Origin: Phoronis australis
Lineage: Eukaryota > Animalia > Phoronida
Reading direction: 5' to 3'
DNA length: 64,000 nucleotides
Assembly: GCA_002633005.1 (NCBI GenBank)
Contig: NMRA01000101.1
Span: forward strand, 372,001 to 436,000
Shown: positions 23,803 to 38,500 of the stretch, one piece after another
Position numbering within the stretch: position 1 is the first letter of the stretch
Layout of the letters: each line of letters begins with the position of its first letter
Notes under the pieces: model-generated
What the model was told of the DNA's origin: nothing
Database searches by the model: none
What the model saw: only the letters and a program-made list of their open reading frames with translations
Translations under genes and position numbers: made by a program

Positions 23803-26800
23803 GTATGTGTTCCTGGCTATTTAAAATAAATGATGAAAACAAACATTTTCACAAAAAGTTGATAAAACCCTTTCTTATCCTTGAGCCGGACATATTTTTT
23901 GAGTAAAGATTCTGTCGTAGTTAACAAATGACCAGACATCTTCTGAATTACCAGTCTACCCAAAATGCACGTTGTCCAAAATAATTGAATATTTGATGGA
24001 AGCGATGTTTGAGCATTTCATTTGTTAGATAGGAGATTAAAATTACATTTGAGCAGATATTTTTGTTGTCAGGAACTTTATTGCAATTCGTTACTAACCT
24101 GGCAACTTCTGTCTATTATTTTCAACATGCTCAGCATTGAATTTACTTATTATGATTAAATTAAAAAATTGTCAAATAATTTGTTTCCGAGGCTTAATGT
24201 TGGCTAGCTCTTCAAGAAGAAGTCTTGAAATTTGTTGGAACATTATGGAAAGCAATAACAGAGAACTGTGTAGTGGTGATCATGTTTACTCTGTGTCAAT
24301 TTTCCAAGCATGCACAAAAACCAACAAAATAGTCTCTTAAGATAAAGGCCTTGGTTCAACTATTGATTATCTTGACATAACAAGCAGCCTGCTCACAAAT
24401 TTGAAATTCGCTCTTTGTTTACATTCATTTGCACCATTCTCAGATGTGACTATTACTATCTGTCTGTCAACATCGTAGGTTTGACAAGGCTCTACAGTGA
24501 AGGCCTCCATGATGGTGATTATGTCAAGCTGCTCAAGTTGGTGTTGTTCACAGTGCACACATTGGACAGGGTATTTAATGGTGTCGTAACTTGTCCAGTT
24601 GTAGTATTTTGACCAACTGTATGTGGATGTTAATTGTACTTGTTATTAGTAATATTATAGCTAGTAGCAGGATGAACAGTACAAGCCAAAAGTATTTAGA
24701 CAAAATAAACTGAAAATCCTCATCATGACGGCTTGGTGGAAGCCAAACTTATCATCAGAGTAGTCTCCCCTGATGACCAAGAATGAAGGGGAATTAATGG
24801 GAAAGTCAGTAAGGGGGCTCAGCCATTGTGTAATTAGAATTTTGCTGCCTGAATAGTTATTACCAGTCATTTTTGCTGTTAACAGAATTAGCTGTCATGA
24901 CAGGGAAACAGGATTTTGTCTGATTAGCCGCACTGCAGCTTTCATCACGTGAATGCTCACACTCGTACTAGAATATTCAGGTAATCAACTGAATTTTGCA
25001 TGATCCGTGAATGTACCACGATTACTGGCAAATGTTTCATAGCCAAAAATGACAATTAATGTAGGCAGTCTAGATACCATACCCATTGTGCACTGATACA
25101 CTGTAGGCCTATTATGGCAATTTATCAGATGACAACTTCTTTTAGATGGATCCAACTTCCCTTGTGCCCCCTAGTGGCAAGTCTATTTTTTTCATCAACT
25201 TAACCTCTGTATGTTAAGACTTCCTAGACGGATTTTCATTTAATTAGTAAGGGGAGACGACGAGGCCGTCATTTTCAAACATTCAACTTATTCTGCACCA
25301 CCTTTTTGACCATTTTGGATACTTATGAACACCCCATAAAGCGTACTGTTTGAGGTGCAGTTCCGGTTTCATTTCAACGCCTCATATTGCTCTTGTTGCT
25401 ATGGGTAAGGTTAGAAACTTTTTTCTCCCTGTTAGGGATTGTTATAACTTAGTATGACTGCTACCAGTACAATGTGCAAAGGCTTCTGGGATACTCAATG
25501 TATTAAAGGGTACTCACTGAAGTTTTCTGTCATTTAGCTTTGAATGTTTCTCCAGCTACGTTCTGTTTTTGTTATATATTTCATAAATATACGTACAATT
25601 ACTTCCCATAAGTTAAGTTTACTGTCAGGGATATTTATTACTGGATAATTAAAACTCGGACTATGAATTTCGTCCTTTAAGTGAAAATGAAATTTTAAAT
25701 CGTGAAACCTGTGATTCTCAATATTTAAGTATAAACACCTAAAATTGTAAATAAATGTGTGATAGGTATAGTTTAATGATAGCAATCATGAATTACTGTG
25801 TTGTAATGTGAAAAAAATACAAAATAAATCTAGTCATCTGGTATAACTTACTTGTATTATTTTAGGACATTGTATAACCACCAGGTTGGGTCTGTCTGAT
25901 TCCTTGATTATGGCCATGCATTCTACAGTAGGACATTAATTCCAAGGCTCTGAACTCAAACATCTCAGGATGTTCTATTTTCTCCACTGACAAGTCCAAT
26001 TCTTGTGTCACATTGCTCAGTAATGTGAAACAAGATCCTAAAGCACCTAATCTGTGTTGTAGCTGATGACTCAAGTCAAACAATCACATTGGTCCATGTG
26101 CTCACTTATCTTTTACACTTATCTGTTACCTTTTACAGAAACTAAGTGCACAAACTGGTACACTGCAGCTTGACTCTTCATCGCGAGTGAAGTTAATGTG
26201 GTTGTTGCAAAACTTAAAGTGATCATCTCTTTTAATTTCTTGAAAATGTGTCATCTGCAGTTGAAATTGTGGGATGGGCAGAACACCTGCATAACCGCTG
26301 ATTTTTCGCGAATTTCGACGACTCACTAGTCAGTTTTGCAAGCTCAACAGAATAATGTATTTTGTTATAGATTAGGTCCATTTGTTCACGTCAGCCGTGG
26401 TGCATGGTTTGTGATTAGGTGTGCTTGCAAGTGTTGTATGCGTCATCAAGGCGTATCTTTGTTGCTTGAAGGTTTCTGAAAACTGCATGCAACTGTGCGG
26501 TAGATTATGGGTCTAGTCTGTATTAGTCTCTAATGTTATGGTGCATTGTGGGATTCATATGTAGGAGGAGCTTGAGGGTGGTGCACGATGACTGGCGATA
26601 AAGGATCCAAATGGGTGCGAGGAGGTATGAGTGTGGGAATCCGTTCGATTTAGTAGTCGGGTTGTGGGCCTCCGCCAAGTAAATTTGAAAAATTAGGTGT
26701 AATTTGGTGCATTCTAGAGGCTTGATTCTCAAAAAGACAAGACCTCAAGCTATGCCTATGATTGAAGTGTCCAGTGACGGTGTCTTGGTAAAAGGGCCGG

Positions 26801-29469
26801 AAAGGGCCTCTGCAAGGTGCAGTGACAATGATGTGTCCTAAGGGAGCATTCACATATTACGTCATCCAAAATTTGCCCGTACTTTCTACCGCCTTTCCTC
26901 CCCTCAGTCATCACACGTCATCATGATATAAACTTTCCAACCTCTAATTGTGTCATCACGGCCAATCCCTGTCATGATGGAGTGGGGGTCTGTCGTTTGG
27001 GTATGTGTGAAATATGTTGACATCTTGGAAACGTGAAAAGGCGTGTCCCAATTTTGGAATTGGTCAATTTCCCTAGAGGGTAAACCACTTCCCACGATAT
27101 GTACGTCGATGGAGCCTCCACTCGATCACGTCGCCACGAGTCTAAACCCCTCCGCTGAATCGTCAGCTTTTCCAAAACCCCCGTCCTCCGTCGAGTGATG
27201 ACATTATAGGTGAACGCTTTGTCATGTTTCATGGGCACCCACTCGGTAAATGAGAATGTAATCTATCGAATGCCGGAAAGTTGAGTATAATTGAAACATC
27301 ACCTCACGTGACAAACTAAAGCGCCGGCTCACGACAGTCTCTTCCGAATGGGAAGTCAATCCAAAAATGTACTAGAATTACGTGGAGTTGTATACGACAT
27401 CTAATGTGAAGAGAGGTAGCTATTATGATTTGCAAAACATTAAAGAGGCATGGAACGTGAAAACTCGTAAAAATACCTTTAAACAGAGCGTCTCTAATTT
27501 ACTTCTTAGCCGAGGATGCTAACGTGAGAATATTATAGGTATTTCTAGAAAAAATGGTCGTATTCACTATTTTTGAAACAGACGACATATATACTCTATC
27601 ATCCAAACACATCAAATTCTCTGCCCTTGTAATATATAAGTGCGCATGCGCTCAATGAATTACCTAGTAAACATTTCCCAAGTGCATTGCTATCGTCAAT
27701 TTTATCAAGGGTCACATTTTCCCTATAAAAGAAAGATGCTACTTCTATGTCTTGCCATACAAAATATGGGGACGTGGTTTGCCTTGTGGGCGATGAAGTG
27801 AAGAGCAGTTGACATTTTTTAGAAGTTTCAAATCAAAGGAAAAATGCTTTGACATCAACAGAAATTCAAAATGTTTACGAATGAACGTGAAAATACGAGT
27901 TTCACTTCTGTTTTAGTGGCAAAGAACCACTTTGAATAATGCAATTTAGTCAGTATTTCGCGTTCTATGCCACTTTAGCTGAAATATATGCAGTCCCGTG
28001 GCCACACCTCACATGTACGCTCTCCTGAACCCTAGTACGAAAATACTCCACTCCCTCCATTTACAATACAGTTCTCTCAACATTCGCTGCTGTGAAACCG
28101 CTGGTAGCTCCATCTGCTGTGAAACCTCTGGTAACTCAACCCTGCATAATAAGCAACTTCTAGGCCGAATCTGTGACTGAGAAGTCTGCTAATGAATGGT
28201 CTTGGACCTATAAGAAGCATGGTATGCTCAATATCACACGCAATTCCATTTCCTTCAGTATACGAAGTTACACTACATCGAATGTAACTGATAAAATTTA
28301 TATCCTTTACGCGGTATTCCTTTGTGTATCGTTATACTTCATTGGACTTATTTTTTATAATCTCGGGCCTGTTTCATGAAACGTGACACAGCACTTTTAA
28401 ATTAAGACAGATATGTTTTCCCACTTCATAGTTGTCAAATAGAGGTTTAGTTATGTAAGTACTAAATCAACACACCACTGAAAATTACTTGTACACATTT
28501 TCACAGTAAGAAACAGCTGTGGGTATATTCTCAGATACTTTATTCTTTACGAAAGTGAGTTTCAATTGTTTTTTATAAATAGTTATGTGGAGCGTAAGTC
28601 CAAATTTCCATCTGAAGTTTTAACTCACTAACTATGGAACCTACAAAATATGTGACATTCATTACAAAGTTTAAGTTGTAATGTCTCAGTGTCGATATGC
28701 AAGGTGTTGTGTGGTGTGCCAGTGCGCATGTGTCAGCCACCTCGTCTGTTGTTCACCGAACTTTGTGTGAAATGGTGCATCTTTAATAATTACGCTTAAT
28801 TCCAATAAAATTGTTTATTAAGCCTTTTCCATTTGATGTGCTTACATATGCGTTGCGATGAACTGTTAACCGGGATAGACTGGTTGCCATTTTTTGCGAA
28901 TGGGTTATGTTGCCATCGGGACAGGCAATGCAAGTGATTCTTTACAAAAACGTCATTTTCAACGTGAATTCAAGTATAAACAAGCAGACCAATTGTATGC
29001 ATCACAATCACGGTCGAATCGTTTTTTCTCGCGTATCCCCCTGGTGTTCTTGTCTACAAAAGCCAGTAAAATCTCGCACTGAGTCGCACTTCACAACTGT
29101 CATGGCCCGGCATTGTCGATGTTGTGACGTTCACATGCTGTATTATACACTCAATTTCTTTCACTAAAGTCATTGAATTGTTCAGTTTTCATGAACTCAT
29201 CGCTTTTATAAGGGATTATCATCATGGTTGTTGTAAGATAAGGGAAAGCCCAAAAGCGGTCATGAGGTAGATTTAATGACTGATTGTTGAAAGCTATAAT
29301 AATTTTCATCAATCACTCACAGAAAGAATATACTTTAAACTTCGTGTAGGTATAACCACTCTGTACAACGGATAACCGTTGTTTCAAATTCGATATCGCC
29401 GACGAAAGAGCTGGAAAATGCATCTGCCAACTCGCAACTTCTACGGTAGCCATATCTTGAAATCTTTCT

Positions 29470-29581
29470 CTACATGTTTTTATCGATGGGCTCAAACATG
29501 ATCCTGACGCCGTTTGTACTTCTCAGTACAACGTCTGCTCGTGCATCCACACGATGGTCTGGATCACAGGACAGTCGGTAC
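29470..29581 (-). CDS. CYP4 exon 12 (terminal)
   Basis: [36 protein letters not shown]. Confidence 0.9.
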
Positions 29582-32500
29582 CTGGAACCGATGAAATAGT
29601 GTATAAAGATGGCGTAATGAGTTTTCAGCTCTCGTGTAGTCGTATTTTAACTGGTTAATTTTACGTGGCTGACTGGTGGTGCTTAGTAAACAAACTGTAA
29701 ACAGTTATTGTTGTTCTGGTTGTATCAGAAGTGTTAGTTAAAGTCTGATTCTGCAATTGTTTGCAGAGTTGACTCGGGACTAAAATTGCGGCATTAATGT
29801 ATATGCAATGCATGTGTCCCATTCGAGTAAGATCGGGGATATTGACTACTTACCTGTGCTGTAATTAAAAGCTACAAAACGCTTTCCAGACTGACACGAA
29901 ACATGTTTCAAGATGCATAGTGCAGGCGACTAAAGATGGACTTTCACTGAAGTGCTCGCTACTTAACACACGCAGTAAAACTCGCAACATATTCTTTCTT
30001 TGCCAAACGCATCAAAAAATCACAGACCGGCTAAATATTTGTTACTATAGTGGGCGAATGGGGTTTGAAGTGAGGAGTGACGCTTTAGATTAGCACAAAT
30101 GATCGAGCACAGGTCTAGGTTTGGCAACTACATGATGTCTGCCGCAGTCTAGTGGGTTAGGTAAAAGGGGAATAGCTTTTTAGAAATCTAAGCATTTTAA
30201 ATGATGGCATTAATGTAGTCAACGTCGCGATAACGTACCCACCTATTCAAAGTCTTAGCTGTCATTACATGTAACTCGTTCATTGCGAAGTTCTGGCCTA
30301 TGCAGTTCCTAAAATTGACATATTAAAACGTGTTAATCTCATGTCAAACTGAAATCGAAAAAACTCGTTAGTCACATGACGAACTGAAATAGGCCTGACG
30401 AAACACGTCACTGGCATGTCAAAATATAAATCTACATAACAAAACACCGGCGTTACTTACATTCGGGAACTAAAATCGGCATAATAAAACAAAACACGTT
30501 ACTCGCATGCCAAACTAAAATCGAAATATTAACAAATCAAGTTAGTGACATGACAAACTGAAATCGACATCACAAAACACGTAACTAGTATGTCAAACTA
30601 AAATCTACACAACAAAATACCGGCGTTACTCACATTTGGAACTAAAATCAACATAACAAAACAGGTTACTCGCATGTCAAATTAAAATCGAAATCTCAAC
30701 AAAACAAGTTAGTGACATGAATAACTGAAATCAACATAGCAAAACACCGGCGTTACTCACATTTGAAACTAAAATCAACATAACAGAACACGTTTTTCGC
30801 ATGTCAAACTAAAAACGAAATCTCAACAAAACAAGTTACTGACATGACTAACTGAAATCTACACAACAAAACACCGGCGTTACTCACATTTGGAACTAAA
30901 ATCAACATAACAAAACACGTTTTTCTCATGTCAAACTAAAATCGACATAAAAATCACGTTACTCGCGCTAGTACTTGAGCGCATCTCGATGAGAATGTGT
31001 GACGTTTCACGAGTTCATTCCGTTCTTCTATGAATATTTGGACGTCTCCGCCTCAGTACGTCTGCATTGTCAAAAACTGACCTATATATTTTATCCTTTG
31101 CTTTGCAGTTGGGTTTAAAGAACACGTTCAAATGACATTATCGACGAGAGAACAGGGTGGAATCGAATCTAAACAATTCGCGGTCTGTAGCCGTTTGCAG
31201 AAAAAGAGTAGTGGAGACGAAAGACATGAACTCTCGGTCATAAACTACACGATAAACCATAATCATTCGAAACTATCTTCAATTTTGTATCTGACACCAT
31301 CATGAACCTGTACAATAAAATTGTACAACTGGATTTGTCATCAGGTGTATTGAAAGAAATTCAGCCGTCTTATTCACGCCAGATCAAAATTGAAGGTATT
31401 ACAAATATTCTCTGACGTCTTAAGTAGGTTATATTTACTTGTCAGGATGTAAATATTACCGCTTTACGGACATTGAAAAAAGCATATTATCCAGCTGAAA
31501 AATAAGGTGCAACTTGATCACGTTCAGAGAGCGCTGTACAAGGAGCGTGAAGTCATGAGTACTAGTTTTCAATTTTTTTAGTATTTCTAAAATAACATTG
31601 TTGTAGAAATTCCCAAATTGTATAGTTTCCGACATGTGACAAACGGCGTAAATGTAGTGTATGTTGTGAATAGTGGAACAACTTTATCGTTTTCAAAATT
31701 TGAATTAGTACGTTGGAGCTAGACTTACACAACCAACTCACCTTGGTCCGCCAGAAAATGGCACAAACATAAATGGGTCAGCCAAAGGTTCCTCAAACCT
31801 TTCCGGTATGTAGTCCTAAAACAAAAAATTCTCCAGTAATCAGAATAACAGTTCTGGACGTCAAATGTAGTATTTGCACCTACCTAAATGTATATGTTTT
31901 CTCACCTACATACGCAACAATTCTTTATAAATGAGTATTTTATTCAGGTATTAAGCACAAACGCGTATGCGCCTAAGCATCAGAGGCGCAAAACACAATC
32001 AAAATTCATTGTAGAAAAGGAACCACTAATTTGTCTTCGTCTGTGTACTTTTTTCGTCTATTTAAGGCATGTTTAAATTAACGAAAAGATTTTGGAAACT
32101 GCCTACCATTGGGGAATCCCACACGTCCGGGTTGTGGTGAAGTTCGTAAATTCCCAATTCTATCAAGGTTCCTGGCAGAAGCACAACGCCTTCTACTTCC
32201 GTTTCTTTCGTTAGACGTCGATCTATGTATGGTACTGGTGGGTGAAGTCTTAGTGACTCTTTTATGCAGCAAGTTAAGTAATCGAACTTTGACATGTCTT
32301 CCCTGAAGAATAAACAAACCGACTGTTTTACGAGACAATCGTGGCGAGAATCTACCTACTCTTTTGTTACCCTGACGCCGTTCTTCCTCCGAACTTTAAC
32401 AGACACGTGAATTACACTGCACTGCCGAAAATGAAAAGCAATACGGTTCACTACAAGCTTAATTACAGTACAAGTCAAATGTTTTGACATTCATTAAAAA

Positions 32501-35500
32501 TCTTTAACTTTTGATACAATAAGTTTTCTTTTACATCAGTTTTGTGTCCACTGTAGTTATATATCTTTCCACCCAAAAACGGAAATAATGTTTATTCATG
32601 AGGCAAAGTTAGTGACGTCATTAGGAAAGTTTCAGTGTGCAAATCACACCGGATACCCGCTAATGACGTCATACCGACAGTTTCTTGCCTTTTGTACCGC
32701 TTTCAGATGTGAAACTTTTATGTGCAGTAGATAGGGCGTCTGATAAGAAAGCTGATCAACCACTTTAAAAGAGCTTTCTTAAAGGCGTCCTACTAGTCGT
32801 CGTACGAGTAATAACTCAAATCACGTGAGATCATTTTGGCCTAACAGATGTTACCGTGACGTCATTGGGGAATGTAGCTTTTTCACGATAAGAAGGCAGA
32901 TATACTGTCTGATTTAGGGGCGCACGAAGAAAAAACGCAAATCAGACATCTGGTAAGTGTTCAGACGGAGAATCAGACGTCTCATCTGCCCCCTGGTCGA
33001 ACGACATTTGAACGTAGTGCTATTTTTGTGACGAATGCTCTAGGATTTCTTATACTGGGATCGAGTAATTTGACGTATTAAAAGGACAGTAGTCTTTGAT
33101 TTAATCTCCGCGATAATTGTCAAGTTTTAAAACATGCGAATTTACAGATTTATGCTAATTGCTACTACTGGTGAAATTCGCCGTGAAAGTATTTACCAGG
33201 AAATGTCGTCAGTTTCTGTCCCTTTTAAAACTTTTCTGACGTCTTGGCGGGCCTTTTCTTGGATTTCAGGATGTGACGCCATATTGTATAGGATCCATGT
33301 CAAGGCACTGGATGTTGTATCGTGCCCTAAGAATAAAAGTTTTCAGTGCCAATTTTCTCCTGAGACGAGTATTTTACAATAAACTAGGCATGATCAGCTT
33401 CAGCTGGCCTCAGCACTTCAGTTTATACAGCCTAGCCATTCAGGTGGCAAGCAGCTAATAGAGGTCTCCGTGCCAGCTACTCACAAAGAAGACAGCACTT
33501 TTAATACCCCGATGTATACCTTGTAAAAGAACGAGGCACAACACCAAAAAGTTGCAAACTCAAAGTGGCTCCTTTGGCCTCAGGAGAAAACTTGGCGGTG
33601 TCCAGTAAATTAAAAATTCCCAAAACGATCAACCTTTTCCGCACTGGTGCATCACACAGTATAGTTTCTTGGAGTTCTGGCTATTTTGTGCACTCCGCGA
33701 TTAAGGTACGTACTATCTAAACTATTATTTGAGTAAAGAACGAAACAAATATCCAAACGTTTCAGGGAACTTAGTTGAGACCCTATTTGGGACAGTTTCA
33801 TGCAACCGAGCACAGACATGAGTCTATGGCCCTTAGCGTCACTATAAGACAAAAAAGCACTGTTGGTTCGTGAGATCTCTCGACTCCTTTTGAAACCTGA
33901 GCATCAATGTAAAAAGAAAAAATCGTTTCTTTTAGCGAACTCGTTTTTTTTTCAAAATCCAACACAGTACCTTGGCAGCTGAGTGGCGGTCATCTCTTTT
34001 ATGAGTTGAATTGATTCGGAACGCGTTTCCAAAGGCAAACTATGCTGCTTTGAGTCACGATCAGCCCAACCACAATGTTGACTGCCGGAAAAAATATCCC
34101 GCATCACTCGACTCAGCTAATCAGGCAACTTCTTTTTAAAATTGCATGACCAAAAAATACCGCATCACCGCAGAACCAATTAGTTTTGGCCGTAATATTT
34201 TCTAATCACACTATAGCAGCTGTCCGTGAGGTTAGTCTGGTCAGAAAATCAAAAATACATTTTAATTCACATAGGCGGATTTGGAGCCGCGGCAAGTGGA
34301 ACGACCCAAAACACCGTTAGCCCACCTTCATATGCGTAGAAATGTTCCTCTAAAAATTGTTATTAGGTCCCCTTTCAGACTTTTAGACCCGTCATTCCAA
34401 AATAGCATAAGAAGGTTTTCTTCAGTCCGGGAGCGAAATTGTGAGTCTATTATCTTCAGTTGTTAAAATGCCAACAAGAGCGTCACTTCAAGGTATTTGC
34501 CCACATCGCAACGCATTTTTTAAGATATGCCATGCTTGTTCACACACAAATGTACTATCTCTCTAAATCTTGAAACGGCGTGGAAATATAGCATATCATG
34601 GACTTAGCAGCTGATCGCATATGACGAGACTGTTATCGTGTCGGCAAAGTCAAATACCGGACAACCGAAGCCTAACTACGTCTCACTGTTTGTAAATTTG
34701 CCTTCATTTGCGATATTAATGAATTAAGGACTTACCGGCAAACATGAAAGTGTTCACTTCGTTCCGTATTTCCTGCACCGTTAGTCCAGAACCATCGGTG
34801 TCGCTGGCCAAAAGTAAAACGTCGAGAAAATCGAGAACTTTGGAATTCTCGTAACCAACACCTTCCTACAAAAAAAACTGAGTAGTAACCGGACTTTCTA
34901 TCTAATTATTCGAAGACATATTAAACTTTTAAAATGTTTCATTATTCAAAATAAAAATAAGCATATCAATGCAAACATATGCATGTTTATATGGTCACAA
35001 AACACGCGCGCCTGAGTTATATGTTACATTGAATCCCGGTTACTCAGAGTGAGTGTTAAGGGTTCCCTAAAGATTGTTTTACGGCGTTGTGCCTTTCTAA
35101 AAATACAGCAATTACACAAGAGAATACTTAAAGATACACTTCCGCTTTATTTTAGTTAAAAACTTCAAAAACGGATTTGATTGCAAGTTAGTTGAATCGA
35201 AATTTAAACCTAAATAACGCCCATTCAACAAAATTCCAACTTAACTGAATTTAAAATGAATTGTTTAATTCATATGTCATTTTTGGTGGTGCACCACAAT
35301 CTAAAATGGCCGCCATAGTGAGTGACAGCTGACTCGTGATACACGGGTATTCACTCAACTGCCGCCATAAGTAACGATTTTTCTGCGGAAACTTCGTTTA
35401 CTTGCATGCGGGACGCAGTCGCCGCAACCTATACCAACATCTATCCTGGTGTAAGTTCTATACACTTAGACGATGGAACGGTCCAAATCAGCAATTTACA

Positions 35501-38500
35501 CAGAAAATGACGGTTAAAGAAACGTTTAGTTTGGGCTTCCTGGTCCTTTGCACACCCTCGATGAAACATGTTTAAAAGGTAGATTTCTTAAAGAATTCCA
35601 ATCCCACTACATGTCCCCTTAATTAGCACATGTGACCTTCTCAAACTTGACAAGTTACTTCATTCAACGTTTGACCAACTAGAACGCCTCATTTGCTGAA
35701 CTTCTGAATGTTACTTTAAGAAGGACTAAAACAATTATTTTTTATGAAATGAAGCGCAGCGCGGAGTCAAATCGGGAATTTTCCCAGTCGTAACCTTATT
35801 AACGCTCTGGCGCTGAGTCAAATGAAATCACAAAAACACAACGGGTTTTGTTGTTTCATAGCTATATTCACGGTTTACCCCGCCCAACAATCCCCAAATG
35901 GGTTTTCATTTGTAAATCCGATAACACTACTTTCACCAAAATATGTGTGCTCGTTGCAGATAAAAGGTGCACACAAATTTTTGAAGATATATGCTCTATT
36001 TACTTTAGCCAAGTTATCTTCCAAGTGATCACATGAGTTATTTGGCACTGATAACTTAATATACTTTTTGACGCTTTCCCTCAACTTTTTAAATAATCGG
36101 TTTAAATTTTGATTAGGAAGGACTACTACCTCGTTCAAGCAAATCTGGGTAGAGTTCAGTTAAAGGAGAACGTCACCCAAAAACAACCTATTTTGTATTA
36201 ATTTAGATAGAGTAGTTCCACTCGATAACAGCAAGTTCAATTGTTTTAGCTGTCACCAAACGGCAGACGGAGGTGTTGAAATTAACCAATGACGTAATCG
36301 GTTCGAACGCACTCTGTTCAGCCGTTCACGAAACGCTTACTGGTGTCAACTTATCGCTTGAATTCATCGTTTTACACCAATAAATCATCAAAATTCGATA
36401 TAAAGCCCTTAAAAATACACCGACTTCTTGAACAAACGTGTTGTTTTATTTCAACTGTTACGGATTTATAGGTATTTGAACGTACCGTAGCCTACAGAGT
36501 TCAATAGGCCGATTTGGTCGATCGCGGGAGTTTAGGTCTGTTTGGTGATAAATTCGAATCATTCCTCCGTGAAATACAGACGGGGGAACATAGCTGTGTG
36601 TTGTAATTTTAGACTTGCGACACACAAAACACACAAAACGCTTGTTACTTCCCGGCAGTGGCTCGGAACCCGATCAGGTCAGTCGCAGTCGCCGGGACTA
36701 GACATCACGAACATAAACCAGCTTAAGTTGACAACTAAACCTCCAGTCACAAAAACACTATAATAGTGAACCAAAAAATAATGTGCACGTAATTATTTAA
36801 ATGAATTAGCCACGAAACTGAAAATCTACTTACTTGTCGGGGGATGCAAAGTCAGGTTCCCCTTCCACAGAACCGTCAGGGCAAAGGTTAGGCAGTAACA
36901 ATGATTTGAATAATGTATTTGTATATCTAAATAAAGATTCCAATAACATGTGACCACAGCATATAAAATCGAGTTATTGTTTCAAAACAGCTTTCTGTCA
37001 GCAAACACTGAATTAACATTCGCTCACAAGGCCTCGGTGCCCGGTCAATCACCTTTATTGCACTAGCCGGTAACGCAGTGGTTTGAGATGAACCACTGAC
37101 GTCGCTGCGTCGTTTCTCACCTTCCTCACAGGTTAACGCGACACCTCTCGGCAAGGTGATGTTGACAGTATAAGAGGTGATGTGGATACCGACCGATTAA
37201 GACGGAAAAAAGACAAATTAAATCGGGTGGCATTCTCCTTTAACACTATAGTTTCTCACTAAAAAGCAAGATTTCTTCGAGATTTCGCGAAATATAAGAG
37301 TGTACTTTCAATAAGAGCCCGTGATTTTAACCAGATTTTCTCGCAGTGAGAGAGTTTTGTAACTCGACTCTGATCAACTTTTCAAATGCATGCAGGTTAA
37401 ACGCAAGTTGTGAGCCCAGTGCTGTTACTCCACATTAGGTTTTTAAAACTAAATTTAAAAATGCAGATACCAGATGGCGCTTGCGTCGAAGAATCACATC
37501 GTCCGCAAATTTATGTATGGAGTTCACTTTCCCAAAGAACGTTCGGCCTTCTCCAGTCAGTTGATATACAAGATCTTTATGTAACCACGGTTTTCTGGAA
37601 TACAGCAGAAACGTACACAAAAACAACATTCCTTTGGGAAAATGAAGGCAATCTCGCCAACTTCGATCATTTTGTACATGTATATTTCACGTTCNNNNNN
37701 NNNNNNNNNNNNNNNNNNNNNNNNNNNNNNNNNNNNNNNNNNNNNNNNNNNNNNNNNNNNNNNNNNNNNNNNNNNNNNNNNNNNNNNNNNNNNNNNNNNN
37801 NNNNNNNNNNNNNNNNNNNNNNNNNNNNNNNNNNNNNNNNNNNNNNNNNNNNNNNNNNNNNNNNNNNNNNNNNNNNNNNNNNNNNNNNNNNNNNNNNNNN
37901 NNNNNNNNNNNNNNNNNNNNNNNNNNNNNNNNNNNNNNNNNNNNNNNNNNNNNNNNNNNNNNNNNNNNNNNNNNNNNNNNNNNNNNNNNNNNNNNNNNNN
38001 NNNNNNNNNNNNNNNNNNNNNNNNNNNNNNNNNNNNNNNNNNNNNNNNNNNNNNNNNNNNNNNNNNNNNNNNNNNNNNNNNNNNNNNNNNNNNNNNNNNN
38101 NNNNNNNNNNNNNNNNNNNNNNNNNNNNNNNNNNNNNNNNNNNNNNNNNNNNNNNNNNNNNNNNNNNNNNNNNNNNNNNNNNNNNNNNNNNNNNNNNNNN
38201 NNNNNNNNNNNNNNNNNNNNNNNNNNNNNNNNNNNNNNNNNNNNNNNNNNNNNNNNNNNNNNNNNNNNNCGTCAGGCGTCAGGCTGATCACGCGTCAGGC
38301 GGCAGGCTGATCACGCGTCAGGCGGCAGGCTGATCTCGCGTCAGGCGTCAGGCTGATCACGCGTCAGGCGGCAGGCTGATATCTCGTCAGGCGTCAGTAA
38401 AAGATGTAAAAGATGAAATCTCAAAAAGCGTTTTACAGTTTTCAAATTAGCCTTTTGTTTTCGTTTTCTGAAACTGTCAATGTTCTTCGAAAAAATCATG

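Noticed and set aside
37410-38333. 200-300 aa ORFs in the track (also 45507-46160)
   Set aside because: Artefacts of reading through N gaps.
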